Assembly (NCBI GenBank): GCA_965112735.1
Contig: OZ218950.1
Coordinates: 496,001 to 560,000, forward strand
Origin: Phaeosaccion multiseriatum
Taxonomy: Eukaryota; Protista; Ochrophyta, other classes
Direction of reading: 5' to 3'
DNA: 64,000 nt
Of this stretch, positions 40,001 through 54,000 are shown in pieces. Position numbers and translations under genes: made by a program. The notes below the pieces were generated by a model. It ran no database searches. It was given only the letters and a program-made list of their open reading frames with translations, and was not told where the DNA came from. Each line of letters starts with the position of its first letter. The first letter of the stretch is position 1.

Positions 40001-43000
40001 AGTGGATAGGAAAGGCATGAATGGCAGTGGATGGGAGAGGTATTGACAGCAGTGGATGGGAAAGGCAGGGAATGAGCGCAACGTGACTAAAGACTATCCT
40101 CCTCCTCCTCCTCCTCCTCCAGCAACTGCGAGGTGGCCCCATGCGCTGTCCTGTGTGAAACGTGCCAAGACTCCTTCTGCTTAGAGTGCTTCCAAAGCCT
40201 CCACCAAAAGGGCCTGAGGAAGGCAACCCACGTCCCCAAGCCCATTCCCATGTGTGTGCATTGCCACTACCAGCACGCCACTCGCTACTGCGAAACGTGC
40301 CGCAGCGAAGCACCACCGAGCGAATCACCAACATGCGAAGGTCACAGCGAAGCACCAACACCCATAGGAGGAGGAGGAGGAGGAGGAGGAGGAGGAGGAG
40401 GGACAGTGCGAGGTGCTTCGTACTGCGACGTGTGCTTCTTCAACGCCCACCCCGAGGCCCAGCCATCTGTGAAAGAGGCAAATGCAGCGGCAGCGGTAGG
40501 GGGAGGGGGAGGGGCGGAGGGAGGGACGGAGCAGCAGCTCAGCCTCAGCAGATTGAAGAAGAAGCGGAGGCCGCATACTGCACACCCCTTGGTGGTGCCG
40601 TGCGTAGAGTGCCATCGTCTGGCCGCCAGGTGTGTGGCTGATATCGACATGCTCGATATCCGAAATCTTCGATATATCCATTTGCTCGATATTGGCGTGT
40701 TCGATACTGATGTGTACAGTCTCGAGGTTGGCCAACAGACTGAAACTGCCTAACAAACTGACACTCTCCCTCTCCCTCTCCTCGCCGCAACGCCTCCCCT
40801 CCCTCCTCCCCTGCAGATGGCTGTGCGACGAGTGCGAGGATGCGTTCTGCTCTGCGTGCTTCATGCGGGTGCACTCTCGGGGCAAGTGGGCCAAGCACAA
40901 AGCCATCAAGCTTGCCTACTACCAGCCGGGCATGTGAGTGGCAGGCAGGCAGGCAGACACACAGGATGGCAGCAAATGGCAGAAGAGTAGAGTCAGGCCG
41001 GCAAGTGCCCACCGCTGGCCCCGGCTCTTACGCAATACTTAACATTCGTTCGTACGTTCGGCTACATAGCTAACCTCCCGATTCAATCCGATCCGATCCC
41101 ATCCCATCCGGTGTGGTCTGGTCTATTCCTCTCCTCTCCTCTTCCCTTTCCTCTTTCAAACCGCTACGATTTAAAGGCATATGCAATACCGCCTGGATTG
41201 CTCACATCGGAGGCGGGCCGCCTTCGCCGCGGAGGCCTTGCTGAAGCACCAACTGGAGGAGAGGCTTCGACAGTTGGAGGCCACCCTCACACTGCAGAGC
41301 CACTGGAGAGGCTGCGTGGGTAGGGACAAGGGCAAGGTGAGAGAGGGAGGTCATGGGGGCGGGGGTTGGGTGGCAGTAGATGGCAGGGTATGGATAGAGT
41401 GCTTCCTCCCTCTCTTTCTGCCCCTTTCGCCCTCTCCCTCTCCTCCTCGCCGATACGGCCACGCTTTGATGCTCTATATCGACGCCTCTATGCGAACGAG
41501 TGATCGATTGATGGGCGATGACGTGATGCGATAACGATGCCTTAATAACGAGTTCGATAACACTGCACGCACACACACGCAGCGACGGCTGAAGCGCGCG
41601 AGGGCAGCCCTCCGCGCCGATTTCAGGCAACGCAAGAGAGACGACGCCCACTTCAGGTATGAGGGGTACTCACTTATTCACTCAGTCACTCAGTCACCCA
41701 GCCACTCACTTACTCAGTGGCTCCCTCCCTCCCTCCCTCCCTCCCTCCACCGCTCACTCACTCACTCACTCACTCACTCACTCACTCACTCACTCACTCA
41801 CTCACTCACTCACTCACTCACTCACCCACTTCAGGTCTCAAGGGTGGTTCCAAGCCCTTGACCGATGGGGCAAGGCGTTCGTTCTCAAGAGCGACAGTCG
41901 AGAGGAAGCGGTGCTGAGGTGTATCAAAGAGTCCAGGAGGGCGAGAGCAAGACGCTTCATTGCGTACAATAGAGAGGATCTGGCGTGGCCGCTAGAGCTG
42001 GAGAGAGAGGAGGAGGAGGAGGAGGAGGAGGAAGACGAGGAGGAGGGTGAGGGGGAGGAGGAGGAGAAGAAGAAGAAGCAGGAGGAAAAGGGGGAGGCGG
42101 AGGAGAAGGAGGTCAGGCGGCACAGCAAGGTGAAGGAGAAGGAGGAGGGGGGTGGAAGCACAACTCCCGAGGAGAGGAAGCAAGCTCGTCGACTCGCTCA
42201 AGAAGCGGAGCTCTTGGCCCACAAGAGACGCACGGGGGTGCTCAAAGCAAAGGGAAAGCTCCGTACAGGGTTTGAGATTGGCACTCTGGATGAGTTGAGA
42301 GATCAAGCCAGGCACGGAGGGATTCGCCTCCCCGGCAGGCACTCGATTCAGCGATGCCATCGATGGGTGGTCATGGGCGACGGCATAGACTTGCGAAGCG
42401 TGCTCGTGCCCGGTCACTTTGTTAGGGGGGGAGGGCTTCCGGCGGAGACTACGTATCGGGTAGAGGCTGTGGAGAGAGAGAGGGTGAAGCTTGATCGCTT
42501 GTGGACCTTCCCCGACGTGAAGAGGAGAACGCGCGGGGCGAAGAAGGAGGGAAAGGAGGAGGGAGGGAAAGGAGAAGGGAAGGAGGAGGAGGGAGGGCTG
42601 ATTCTCTATCAGATGGTGGGGCATAATGCGAGTACGCGAGTGAGGCTTGGGTGGAAGGCGCGTAGGTGGCTCGTCTCCAATGCCTTGTCGCAGAGTGCCA
42701 TCGGTGCGGTGGTGCGGTACCATCAGAACGTGGTGGCGGTGGGTGTGATGGGGAGGGCTGCCTCTTCGATGCGGCAGATGAAGTGGGCGAGTTGTTACAG
42801 AAAGATGAAGCGGAGGGCCCAGAGGCAAGACACGGCTGACGAGTGGAAGATGCTCCTCAATAGCAATCAGGTGGGCAGGGATGCCATGAAGAGGGGCAAG
42901 GGGGGAGGCGACCAAGACGGCCAGGCGGGAGGAGGAGGAGGAGGAGGAGGAGCAGGGGATGGCACCTCAAGGAGGGGAGGGGGGGATCGTGCTGCTGTTG

Positions 43001-43810
43001 GTGGTACGGGTAGGAGAGAGTCAGGCGGTGTCTCTAAGAAGAAGGAGGTGGACGAAGAAGCGGCGGAGGCGGCGGCGGCGTCAGCAGCAGCCTTGGATGT
43101 AATGGAGGCCCTCGCATTGAAGAAGGAGGATAAGTACCTTGGTGATCCTTCTCTGCCGGAGGGGTGGGTGGCGATGCAGGATAAGAAGATGGGCTTTGTT
43201 TATTACGTCAAGGAGAGTACGGGCGAGATGAGCAAGATCAAGCCGACTGAGGCCATGGTTAAGAAGGAAGGGCTTGAGAAGTTGGAGAAGAAGAAGGAGG
43301 AGCTTCGAGCTAAGCGCAACGGGGCCAGGGGCACAGGACGGAGGGGCTGATGGGGTTGGTTCGTTGGTTGGTTGGTTGGTTGGTTGGTTGATTGGTCGGT
43401 TGATAGATTCATTGACGAGAGGAACGAGGCTGTCGGAAAGAGGGCTTGGTGCGTGGCTTTTACTTTGTAGACTGAGAGACTGACGGGGATGATGAATAGG
43501 GTGAATACGAAGGCAGGACGCGAGGCGAGAGGGAAGCTGACTGACACCAAGTACTGAGTGACACCAGGTACTGACTGGCTGACTGACTGACAGACTGGGT
43601 GACTGACTGACTGGTTGGCTGACTGACACAGTACCTTTGCTTGACTGGTCGACTGATTTCAAGTACCGAGTGACTGGCTGACTGTGACTGGCTGGCTGGC
43701 TGACTGACTGGGTGACTGACTGACTGACACAAGGTACTGGCTGGCTGTTCCAGCGCCGCTGTCGAACCCTTTTGGTTGGCTGTAAGAACAGTTTTGTTCC
43801 AAGGACACAG

Positions 43811-43853
<43 letters not shown>

Positions 43854-44072
43854 GCTTCTAACCCGGGGGATATCTCCCACCGGGGAGTACTCCCCCCGGA
43901 AAAGCGTCGCCCTCCTCCTCCCTTCTAAAGACATACAGTGAATGTCCAACAACGAATGAATGGGTGGTGGCGATGTTCTCATCATTGTATTGAGACTTAC
44001 TTATTCTACAAATCACCCATTGCAAAAAACAACTTCAAGCTTCACGGCGGACTAGCTGAGGCCATCGGGTCA

Positions 44073-45215
44073 CTAAATCCCAAGTCCCGAGGTATCAGCA
44101 GCAGGGCCCTCCACACGCACGCACGCTCGTAGCGCCTTCCGTCCGCGTATCTTATTCTCACTCGCCGTCACCATGCTCTCCTCCAGCACCGCCCAATCCT
44201 CCTTCAGCTTGTCGCCATCATCATCCTTCCCTACTTCTCCTGAGCGATAGCGGTGGTAGGCAGACACAAAGCCTCGGATGGTGCTCTCCAGGCTCGCCCC
44301 CTTCCTCTTTGTGCGCACAGCGAGGTGGGGCAGCAGCAACACTTTACTCCGGCCCACAGCCACCACCACGCCATTCGACAGCTCCCTGCCCCGACGGCCG
44401 CAGAAGGCCGTGGCAGCATCAGCCCCGCCATCTTCCAGCCCTCTCCACAGGTCACAGGGCAGTTGAATCTCGTCCCCGACATGAAGCCCCAGCCCCGCAA
44501 GCAAACCCACCCCATTTCCATCCTCCAGTGCCTCCTTCCTCTCCTCCCCTCCGCCAGGCATTGAAGGGGCGCATTTTGCCCTCTTGCTTCCTCTCCCATT
44601 GATGTCCTCCACAGCTCCTCGCTTGGGCACAGGCGTACAACGGGCAATCTCCTCCTTCTGCTCCGCTCCCTCCCTCTTCACTCGTGCATGCCTCAGGCAC
44701 ATCCCACCTTGGACCCGACGCTTCTCGCACCCCTCAACAGTACACCTCTTCCGTACCACCACAGCTCCATGGCCGTGGCAAAGTCCTCCCCGTTGCGACT
44801 GTTTGTCGCACCCCTCAACAGTACACCTCTTCACCACAGCTCCATGGCCCTGGCAAAGTCCTCCTTGGATCCGATGCTTGTTACACCCCTCAACAGTACA
44901 CCTCTTCACCACAGCCCCGTGAGCCAGGCAAAGTCCTCCCTGTCGCGAATGCTTGTCGCACCCCTCAACAGTACACCTCTTCACCACAGCTCCATGGCCC
45001 TGGCAAAGTCCTCCTCTGACACGCTGCTTCTCGCACCCCTCAACAGTACACCTCTTCACCACAGCCCCGTGGGCCAGGCAAAGTCCTCCCTGTTGCGAAT
45101 GCTTGTTACACCCCTCAACAGTACACCTCTTCACCACAGCTCCATGGCCCTTGCAAAGTCCTCCTTGGACCCGCTTCTTGTTACACCCCTCAACAGTACA
45201 CCTCTTCCGTACCAT
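44073..45215 (-). CDS. Zinc-finger array gene copy 3, intact (7 WRKY19-like fingers + ~200-aa C-terminal region)
   Basis: Uninterrupted ORF with 7 x CTVEGC[NDE]KxxxxGG[LM]CxxH. The true start may lie in an upstream exon (polypyrimidine/AG near 45277). Confidence 0.85.
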   Translation of the reverse strand: MVRKRCTVEGCNKKRVQGGLCKGHGAVVKRCTVEGCNKHSQQGGLCLAHGAVVKRCTVEGCEKQRVRGGLCQGHGAVVKRCTVEGCDKHSRQGGLCLAHGAVVKRCTVEGCNKHRIQGGLCQGHGAVVKRCTVEGCDKQSQRGGLCHGHGAVVVRKRCTVEGCEKRRVQGGMCLRHARVKREGAEQKEEIARCTPVPKRGAVEDINGRGSKRAKCAPSMPGGGEERKEALEDGNGVGLLAGLGLHVGDEIQLPCDLWRGLEDGGADAATAFCGRRGRELSNGVVVAVGRSKVLLLPHLAVRTKRKGASLESTIRGFVSAYHRYRSGEVGKDDDGDKLKEDWAVLEESMVTASENKIRGRKALRACVRVEGPAADTSGLGI

Positions 45216-46726
45216 CACAGCTCCGTGGGCCACGCGAAGTTCCGCACCTGAATCTCGCAGAGGATGCTTGCTCGCTACAACATATGTGAGAAGAGAGAGA
45301 AAGGGAGAGAGGAGAGGGGCTAGTCCACCAACATCGAACACTTCAATTGACACGGATATTCGACGTGGTGTGCTGTGCTGAAAAAAAAAAAAGGGCTCGA
45401 GCTGCCGTAGTGCTCATCACTGCGGCCTCCCAATAGGCAGCGACGCCTAGCTACATCAGAGGCCACCTCACGCAGCTTATGGAGGATGGCCCCGACCGCC
45501 ACGGAGGTCTCAACCTCGCCGAGCACCTCGGCCTCATGCAGGAGACACAGCCCGCCCTCGGCCTCATGCAGGAGACACAGCCCGCCCTCCTCCTTTTGCC
45601 TCCCCTAGCGATGTTCTCCACCTCGCCGTCGGCGAAGCACTGCTTGCAACTCCCAGGAGCGGGAAACGTCTGAGCCACCATCGCCACTGCTCCAGCGGAC
45701 GCTCAAGATCTCCGCCAGAGCGGCACACTCCACCTTTTCAACACCATCCGGTCCTCCGTCGAAAAGGGTGCCTCACCCGAGAAGTCGCAACTGAATCTCC
45801 CTCTTCCCTGGGTCAACCGCGCTCACCTTGGAAACGGATCGCCAACGACACGAGGACACCTTCGACACCGGACTCATCCAGGGCAACTGCCCCCCTCAGT
45901 AGAAGACGCAACGCGCACTCCAGAGGTCCGTAGCTAGCGCCACAACGTCTCGCCACGTACCGCGACCCACTGGATCGGCTTCAGGACGACGCAGCAGCAG
46001 CAGCCGACGCCGGCATGGGGTCTCGCCGACAGGCCAAGGCACGCCACCTCAGCCAGAGCAGCCCCGCCACCGCACAGGTCTCCATGCCGGCCCAAGACCA
46101 TGGTGGGGGCCCTCCGACGCTCCCTCGGCATCAACTGCCTTTACGGCCTGCAACACACTTGCCGACTCCTCCCACGCCATCCGGTGCCCTGACCAAGCGA
46201 CGACATACCATACCGGTATGCTCTCCTCCATCAAGGACATGTTTTTCAAGCAGAACTTCGTTTCCCGCGTCGGACACGAGAGCTCAGAGTACTTGCTCCC
46301 CTCACACAACATCGCCAGGACTTTCCGCAGGACGACTCGGCGCACAGGCGCACGTCGTCTCCCGCACAGGCCGCACCGGCTCCTCCACCACCAAGGGCCA
46401 CGTCATGACCAGGCTTCGCCGTCTCGTCAGCTACCACCACCACTACCAGATGTGGCTCTCCCGGAGCGTGAGCGCGCCTTCCAGGGACGGCTCAACCGCG
46501 GCGCCGGACCAGCAATCTCCCCCCCCCGATCAGGCGGGGGAGCAACAGGCCCCCAGTGGGCCCCAGAGTCGCACTCACACGCGCACGCTTTCAGTTTCTT
46601 ATCAATAGAATCCCCCCTCCCCCCCACTCTTCCTTCCTTCACTTGTCACTAGCTGCTGGCCCCCTTGGGATTGCTCTCATTCCATTCCAGTGCGCTTGTG
46701 GCTGGCAGGAGGCGTCTTTATTTCTT

Positions 46727-46875
<149 letters not shown>

Positions 46876-49800
46876 TCTTTTAGATGGGTGGGTTGGGTGT
46901 GGGTTCGTTCATGACAACAGGAGCGGGGAGAGCCCGGAGCCCACGACATAGCAGAGATGAGGAGGGAGAGAGAGGGCGGCGGCAGACAAGCTTCCCTTCG
47001 CGCCGCTTCACATGTAGCAGCCTTGCCCCCTGGGGGTGCACCCTTTCTTCACACATGTCATACGTCCCCGAGGCCCAGGGGGGTGCGTGTGGGAGTGGCA
47101 TACTTCCTCGCTGAGGCACAGACAGAGCGCGCGCTGAGAAGCAGACCACCGCTGCCACCACCACCACCAACGCCTCGGGAGAAGGACCGTTCCCTCTCCT
47201 TTTCTCTACGCTCTCGCGCTCATCCCCTTGGTGAAGCGAATGGAAGGGCCTCAAAGACGTTCGTGCGAAGGACGCTCGACGGCTGCATCTGTTTGAAGAG
47301 CTGGTGCTGGAGAGCCCCCGGGGGAAGGAGAGCAGGGTCCACCAGATGGTAAGCGGGTCTTAGGATGCAGTGGCTGTTACGTGCTTGCTCATTCATGTGT
47401 GTGTGCGTGTGTGTGTGTTTTGGCGTGCCTACGTGCGTGCGTGCGTGCGTCCGCTTTCGCGTATGCGTGTCAGAGAAGGGGAGGGGGGGAGAGCACATTT
47501 CCGCACATCTGCACACACGCACCCGCACACGCACACGCTCCCCCCGCACGCAAGGAGGCATGCACGAAGCGCAAATGAGACACTTTCGCCACCATTCCGC
47601 TCTCCTCCTGAGAGCGCCGCACTCTGCCTTTGGAGCACCCGCCTCATTCCTCTTCCTCCTCCCCTCCGCCCTCTCCCCCCTATCCCCTCCGCCCTCTCCC
47701 TCCTATCCCCTCTCCCCTCTCCCCTCTCCCCTCTCCCCTCCCCCCTCTCCCTCCCCATCAGGAATCGCCCTCTCGGCACGCCAACGCCCTCGCTACCCGT
47801 CTCCAATGCGTGGTCCGAGCTTACTTCGCGCGTCAAACCGCCCGACAAGCTCGCGCCCTGGCCATCAGCGCCGCTTGGGCAGAGTGGGAGGGGTATGTCG
47901 CTCTCACTATCCAGTGCCTAGTGCAACGAGTCCAAGCGAGAGACCGGGTGGAGACGTTGGCTCGAGAGGCGTATCAGAAGTCTACCGACCCGGAAACCGG
48001 CCGTCCTTATTGGTGCAGTCCGACACGGGGCTTAGTAACTTGGGAGAAGCCGTTGCTGCTCGGGAGAGGGGACGTGGCCTATGCGTTGACGGTGGTGGAC
48101 AAGCTGAGCGAGTTTGTTGTTCGGTGTAGGTGAGTGAGTGAGTGAGTGAGTGTGTGTGTGAGTGTGTGGGTGGGGAGGGATGGCAGTGGATGAGGAGGGA
48201 TGGCAGTGGATAGGAAAGGCATAAATAGCAGTGGATGGGAGAGGTATTGACAGCAGTGGATGGGAAAGGCAGGGAATGAGCGCAACGTGACTAAAGACTA
48301 TCCTCCTCCTACCCACCCCTCCAGCAACTGCGAGGTGGCCCCATGCGCTGTCCTGTGTGAAACGTGCCAAGACTCCTTCTGCTTAGGGTGCTTCCAAAGC
48401 CTCCACCAAAAGGGCCTGAGGAAGGCAACCCACGTCCCCAAGCCCATTCCCATGTGTGTGCATTGCCACTACCAGCACGCCACTCGCTCCTGCGAAACGT
48501 GCCGCAGCGAAGCGCCACCGACCGAATCACCAACATGCGAAGGTCACAGCGAAGCACCAACACGCATAGGAGGAGGAGGAGGAGGAGGAGGAGGGACAGT
48601 GCGAGGTGCTTCGTACTGCGACGTGTGCTTCTTCAACGCCCACCCCGAGGCCCAGCCATCTGTGAAAGAGGCAGATGCAGCGGCAGCGGTAGGGGGAGGG
48701 GGAGGGGCGGAGGGAGGGACGGAGCAGCAGCTCAGCCTCAACAGATTGAAAAAGAAGCGGAGGCCGCATACTACACACCCCTTGGTGGTGCCGTGCGTAG
48801 AGTGCCATTGTCTGGCCGCCAGGTGAGTGGCTGATATCGACATGCTCGATATCCGAAATCTTCGATATATCCATTTGCTCGATATTGGCGTGTTCGATAC
48901 TGATGTGTACAGTATCGAGGTCGGCCAACAGACTGAAACTGCCGAACAAACTGACACTCTCCCTCTCCCTCTCCTCGCCGCAACGCCTACCCTGCAGATG
49001 GCTGTGCGACGAGTGCGAGGATGCGTTCTGCTCTACGTGCTTCATGCGGGTGCACTCTCGGGGCAAGTGGGCCAAGCACAAAGCCATCAAGCTGGCCTAC
49101 TACCAGCCGGGCATGTGAGTGGCAGGCAGGCAGGCAGACACGCAGGATGGCAGCAAATGGCAGAAGAGTAGAGTCAGGCTGGCAAGTGCCCACCGCTGGC
49201 CCCGGCTCTTACGCAATACTTAACATTCATTCATACGTTCGGCTACATAGCTAACCTCCCGATTCAATCCGATCCGATCCCATCCCATCCGGTGTGGTCT
49301 GGTCTATTCCTCTCCTCTCTTCTTCCCTTTCCTCTTTCAATCCGTTACGATTTAAAGGCATATGCAATACCGCCTGGATTGCTCACATCGGAGGCGGGCC
49401 GCCTTCGCCGCGGAGGCCTTGCTGAAGCACCAACTGGAGGAGAGGCGTCGACAGTTGGAGGCCACCCTCACACTGCAGAGCCACTGGAGAGGCTGCGTGG
49501 GTAGGGCCAAGGGCAAGGTGAGAGAGGGAGGTCATGGGGGCGGGGGTTGGATGGCAGTAGATGGCAGGGTATGGATAGAGTGCTTCCTCCCTCTCTTTCT
49601 CCCCCTTTCGCCCTCTCCCTCTCCTCCTCGCCGATACGGCCACGCTTTGATGCTCTATATCGACGCCTCTATACAAACGATTGATCGATTGATGGGCGAT
49701 GATGTGATGCGATAACGATGCCTTAATAACGAGGTCGATAACACTGCACGCACACACACGCAGCGACGGCTGAAGCGCGCGAGGGCAGCCCTCCGCGCCG

Positions 49801-51024
49801 ATTTCAGGCAACGCAAGCGAGACGACGCCCACTTCAGGTATGAGGGGTACTCAGTCACCCAGCCACTCACTTACTCTGTGGCTCCCTCCCTCCCTCCCTC
49901 CCTCCACCACTCACTCACTCACTCACTCACTCACTCAACCACTTCAGGTCTCAAGGGTGGTTCCAAGCCCTTGACCGATGGGGCAAGGCGTTCGTTCTCA
50001 AGAGCGACAGTCGAGAGGAAGCGGTGCTGAGGTGTATCAAAGAGTCCAGGTGGGCGAGAGCAAGACGCTTCATTGCGTACAATAGAGAGGATATGGCGTG
50101 GCCGCTAGAGCTGGACAGAGAGGAGGAGGAGGAGGAGGAGGAGGAGGAGGAGGAGGAGGAGGAGGAGGAGGAGGAGGACTAGCTGAGGCCATCGGGTCAC
50201 TAAATCCCAAGTCCCGAGGTATCAGCAGCAGGGCCCTCCACACGCACGCACGCTCGCAGCGCCTTCCGTCCGCGCCTCTTCTTCTCACTCGCCGTCACCA
50301 TGCTTTCTTCCAGCACCGCCCACTCCTCCTTCAGCTTGTCACCATCATCATCCTCCCCTACTCCTCCTGAGCGATAGCGGTGGTAGGCAGACACAAAGTC
50401 TCGGATCGTGCTCTCCAGGCTCGCCCCCTTCCTCTTTGTGCGCACAGCGAGGTGGGGCAGCAGCAACACTTTACTCCGGCCCACAGCCACCACCACGCCA
50501 TTCGATAGCTCCCTGCCCCGACGGCCGCAGAAGGCCGTGGCAGCATCAGCCCCGCCATCTTCCAGCCCTCTCCACAGGCCACAGGGTAGTTGAATCTCGT
50601 CCCCGGCATGAAGCCCCAGCCCCACAAGCAAACCCACCCCATTCCCATCCTCCAGTGCCTCCTTCCTCTCCTCCCCTCCCCCAGGCATTGAAGGGGCGCA
50701 TTTTGCCCTCTTGCTTCCTCTCCCATTGATGTCCTCCACAGCTCCTCGCTTGGGCACAGGCGTACACCGGGCAATCTCCTCCTTCTGCTCCGCTCCCTCC
50801 CTCTTCACTCGTGCATGCCTCTTGCACATCCCACCTTGCCTCCGTTGCTTCTCGCACCCCTCAACAGCACACCTCTTGACAACTGTCACAGCTCCGTGGG
50901 CCTGGCAAAGTCCTCCTTGGACCCGCTGCTTGTCGCACCCCTCCACTCTACACCTCTTCTGTACCACCACAGCTCCGTGGGCCACGCAAAGTCCTCCCTG
51001 TCGCCGATGCTTGTCGCACACCCC

Positions 51025-54000
51025 TCTTCTTTTTTTTCTGCTTAAGACAGGGCCACCATGGAAGGGGACGACAGGGGGGCCACGCGGCCCCCCGGAGCCC
51101 AGGAGACACCAGCAAACCTCACAGCAACCCAGCAGGAGCCACCTATGAGCCGCGATCAGCAGCGGCTCGAAAGAAGGGAGAGACGGGCAGCGGCAGCAGC
51201 AATTCGCCAAACACCAGCACGGGAAGGCGTGCCCACCCCCATCACGGCTCCACCAGCGGCCGCAGCACCCCGCAACACCCTCCCGCAGGACCCACAGCTC
51301 CCACCAGCACTCACGGAACCCACAGCAACAGCAGCGGAAGCCCACCCCCAGCAGCAGCAACCACAACCGATCTCAACGACACGGCAACAAACAGCACCAG
51401 CCGCCAGGAGATCTACCACGCCCGCCAGCGAGACAACAGGCCCTACAACAGCACCACCCCCCACAGCGACCAGCCCAGCACCCATGCAGCCAACCACGAG
51501 GCCAAGGGGACGAAGCAGGACCCCCCGAGCACGCAGCCCGGAAAGGCCAACCGCCACTTTCCGAGCCTCAGATCCAGCCCAAACCACCAACGCGTCAACT
51601 CACAGAAACGCACACGGGATCACAGAGCAAATCGTCTCCATCCTCCAAGACGAATACGAAGACACCCACCTCACAGCCACGACCCCCATACGGCAACACC
51701 CGAACCTCTTCTTCAACGAACAAGCGCCAGCATCCGCCAGCCGACGCATCAGCGCTGAGTTCGCAAGCCTAAACCTCACCGCGACGGAACTGACCCACCA
51801 CAACACGGCCGAGGCCATCGCCGACCTCGTACGACCACCCCCCACGACGCACGAGGAAGAGACAGCATCACTCGAAACAGACACGCATGGACACGCACCA
51901 ACGACATGGAGCAACACCATACGCCACCAGCGCGACGCGGCGCTCCCGCCTACCAACTCGCACTTCTATATGCCCCTCCTCAGACAAGCTCTAAGGAGCG
52001 GAGGCCCCCCACCACCCCCGGAAGACCACATGGGGGAGGAGATTACCCCCTTGGATGGCAACAGATCGTGGAGGCCTATGCCCACACGCTCGCAGGCCAA
52101 GAGATCACCTCCAACGAGTTGGTCAACGACTACATCACCGCCTCACGACAGGAGGAACTCATCGCGGTATTACCCGACGTCCAAGCCATCGTTGAGCGCT
52201 ACGGCCACGCCCTACGCGACCACACCAACAACACCACCACCTCCCCCTTCGCCAACACCATGGCCACACCGTGGTGGGCGCCGGGGCAAGCCCTCGCCCT
52301 ACGCACGAGACAGGCCCCCCGGGGAACCGCACCAGGACCGCCACCACCCCCCGCCCAAAGCGACGCAACCACACCCAGCCCACCAACACCGGAGGACAAC
52401 CCCAACAACGCCCGAGTGTACCGAAGACACCCCGACAATGGAAACATTCAAGGGGGCATCCTCTGCAACTTTGGCGAATGCCACGACACCTTCGTCACGG
52501 TAGGCAACACAAGAGACCGCCTCATCAGGCACCAGTCGAGCCACCACCCGAACCGCGGCAGAGAGTGGGACCGATGGATGCGCGAACACCACCCCCAGGC
52601 CGCGTCAATCCTGTGGTACCGCGCCAACGGCCCACAGAGCGGACCACAGAATAATACGTACCAGCTCCGGGACTGCACAAGTGGATGCGGCAACCTGGCC
52701 CACCGAAACTCCGGCAGATCCTTCCTTACCCGCTTCCCGCAATCAGGCCTACGACAACCCCTATGCAACGCCTGCATACGAGCACACGAAGCCGCAAGCC
52801 TACCAGCACCGCCAACCATCCAACGAGCTCGAAGCATGCCCCCACCGACAAGAGCAGGTGGGACAGACACTACACGAGAGCACGACCAGGAGGGAGGAGG
52901 GAGAGGAGAGCGAGCGGGACACAGGGGAGGGGGACGAGGAGACCGCGAAGGAAGAGTAGTAGCAGGGGGGGAAGAGGGCGAAAACAGCAGAGGCGGAGGA
53001 GAGCGCCCAGCACTGGCACGGGAAGCAGCGGCAGAAGGAGGGGAAGGGCAAGCAGCGGGAGGAGGTGACGAAGGAGAAGGAGGAGGCGACCCCACCAACA
53101 ACGAGGAGCTACCCAACTGCCCGGTGTGTATGGAACCGCTCACTGGCCAAGCACAAGTCGCCATGCACGAAGGCGAACATCACGTGCACAACCACTGCGC
53201 ATTGGGAGTCATGAGCAGGTACCCCAACCGCAACGACCACCTCTGCCCCTACTGCCGCAACCCCTGCTACCGGCACACGATCGAGCAGGCCATCACAGCA
53301 CAAGGAGGGAGAGCTATGGGCCGCGCAAGGGATCGCCTAGCGAGGGAGCGCAGAGAGTCGCATCAGCAGCACGCGCAGGCCAGCCAAGGGCGACGCCGCC
53401 AGTCCCAGCCACCCCCCACCACCCGACACACACCCCCACCCCAACCTACCGCCCCCCCAGCCCCGATATGCTGCATATGCATGTCAGACGCGGACCCCCC
53501 TTTCATCGCACCAACCACGGAGTGGCCAGTACGCACCCGACGCTGCCAACACACCGTTCACCCCGCGTGCCTCCTTCACCACCTGAACGACCAAGCCACA
53601 CTGAGGAGAGCCAACCAGCAGCCCGTCATACCACCAGGCAACCTCCCCTGCCCCGCGCAAGGCTGCATGGCTGGCTACCAAGCTCAACGAGCCATCCCCG
53701 CCCTCAGGACCATCCTCACCCAAGGCAACGCAGCATCGGCCTACCAAGGCCCCCTCAACGACCTCGAGAACGCCTATCTAGGCCCAGACCCAAACGAGGA
53801 CCCGTCGCGTACGGCAACGCCCCAGCACACGACAGCAACGGCCAGGCTCAACCCGTACCAACCCACCACCCCCACGGGCAGAGGAGGAGGGCGAGGGCAC
53901 GCGGAAGGAGGAGGAGGAGGAGGAGGAGGAGGAGCAATCGCAGCAGCGCCAAGTGGAGTAGAAGGAGGAAGAGGAGGACGAGGGAGGGGGAAGGAAACGG

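Noticed and set aside
44700-45215. Conserved-plus-variable 75-bp periodicity resembling a CRISPR array
   Set aside because: It is an in-frame coding repeat (25-aa CCCH finger) in an intron-containing eukaryotic locus. The variable parts are related to one another and there are no cas genes.
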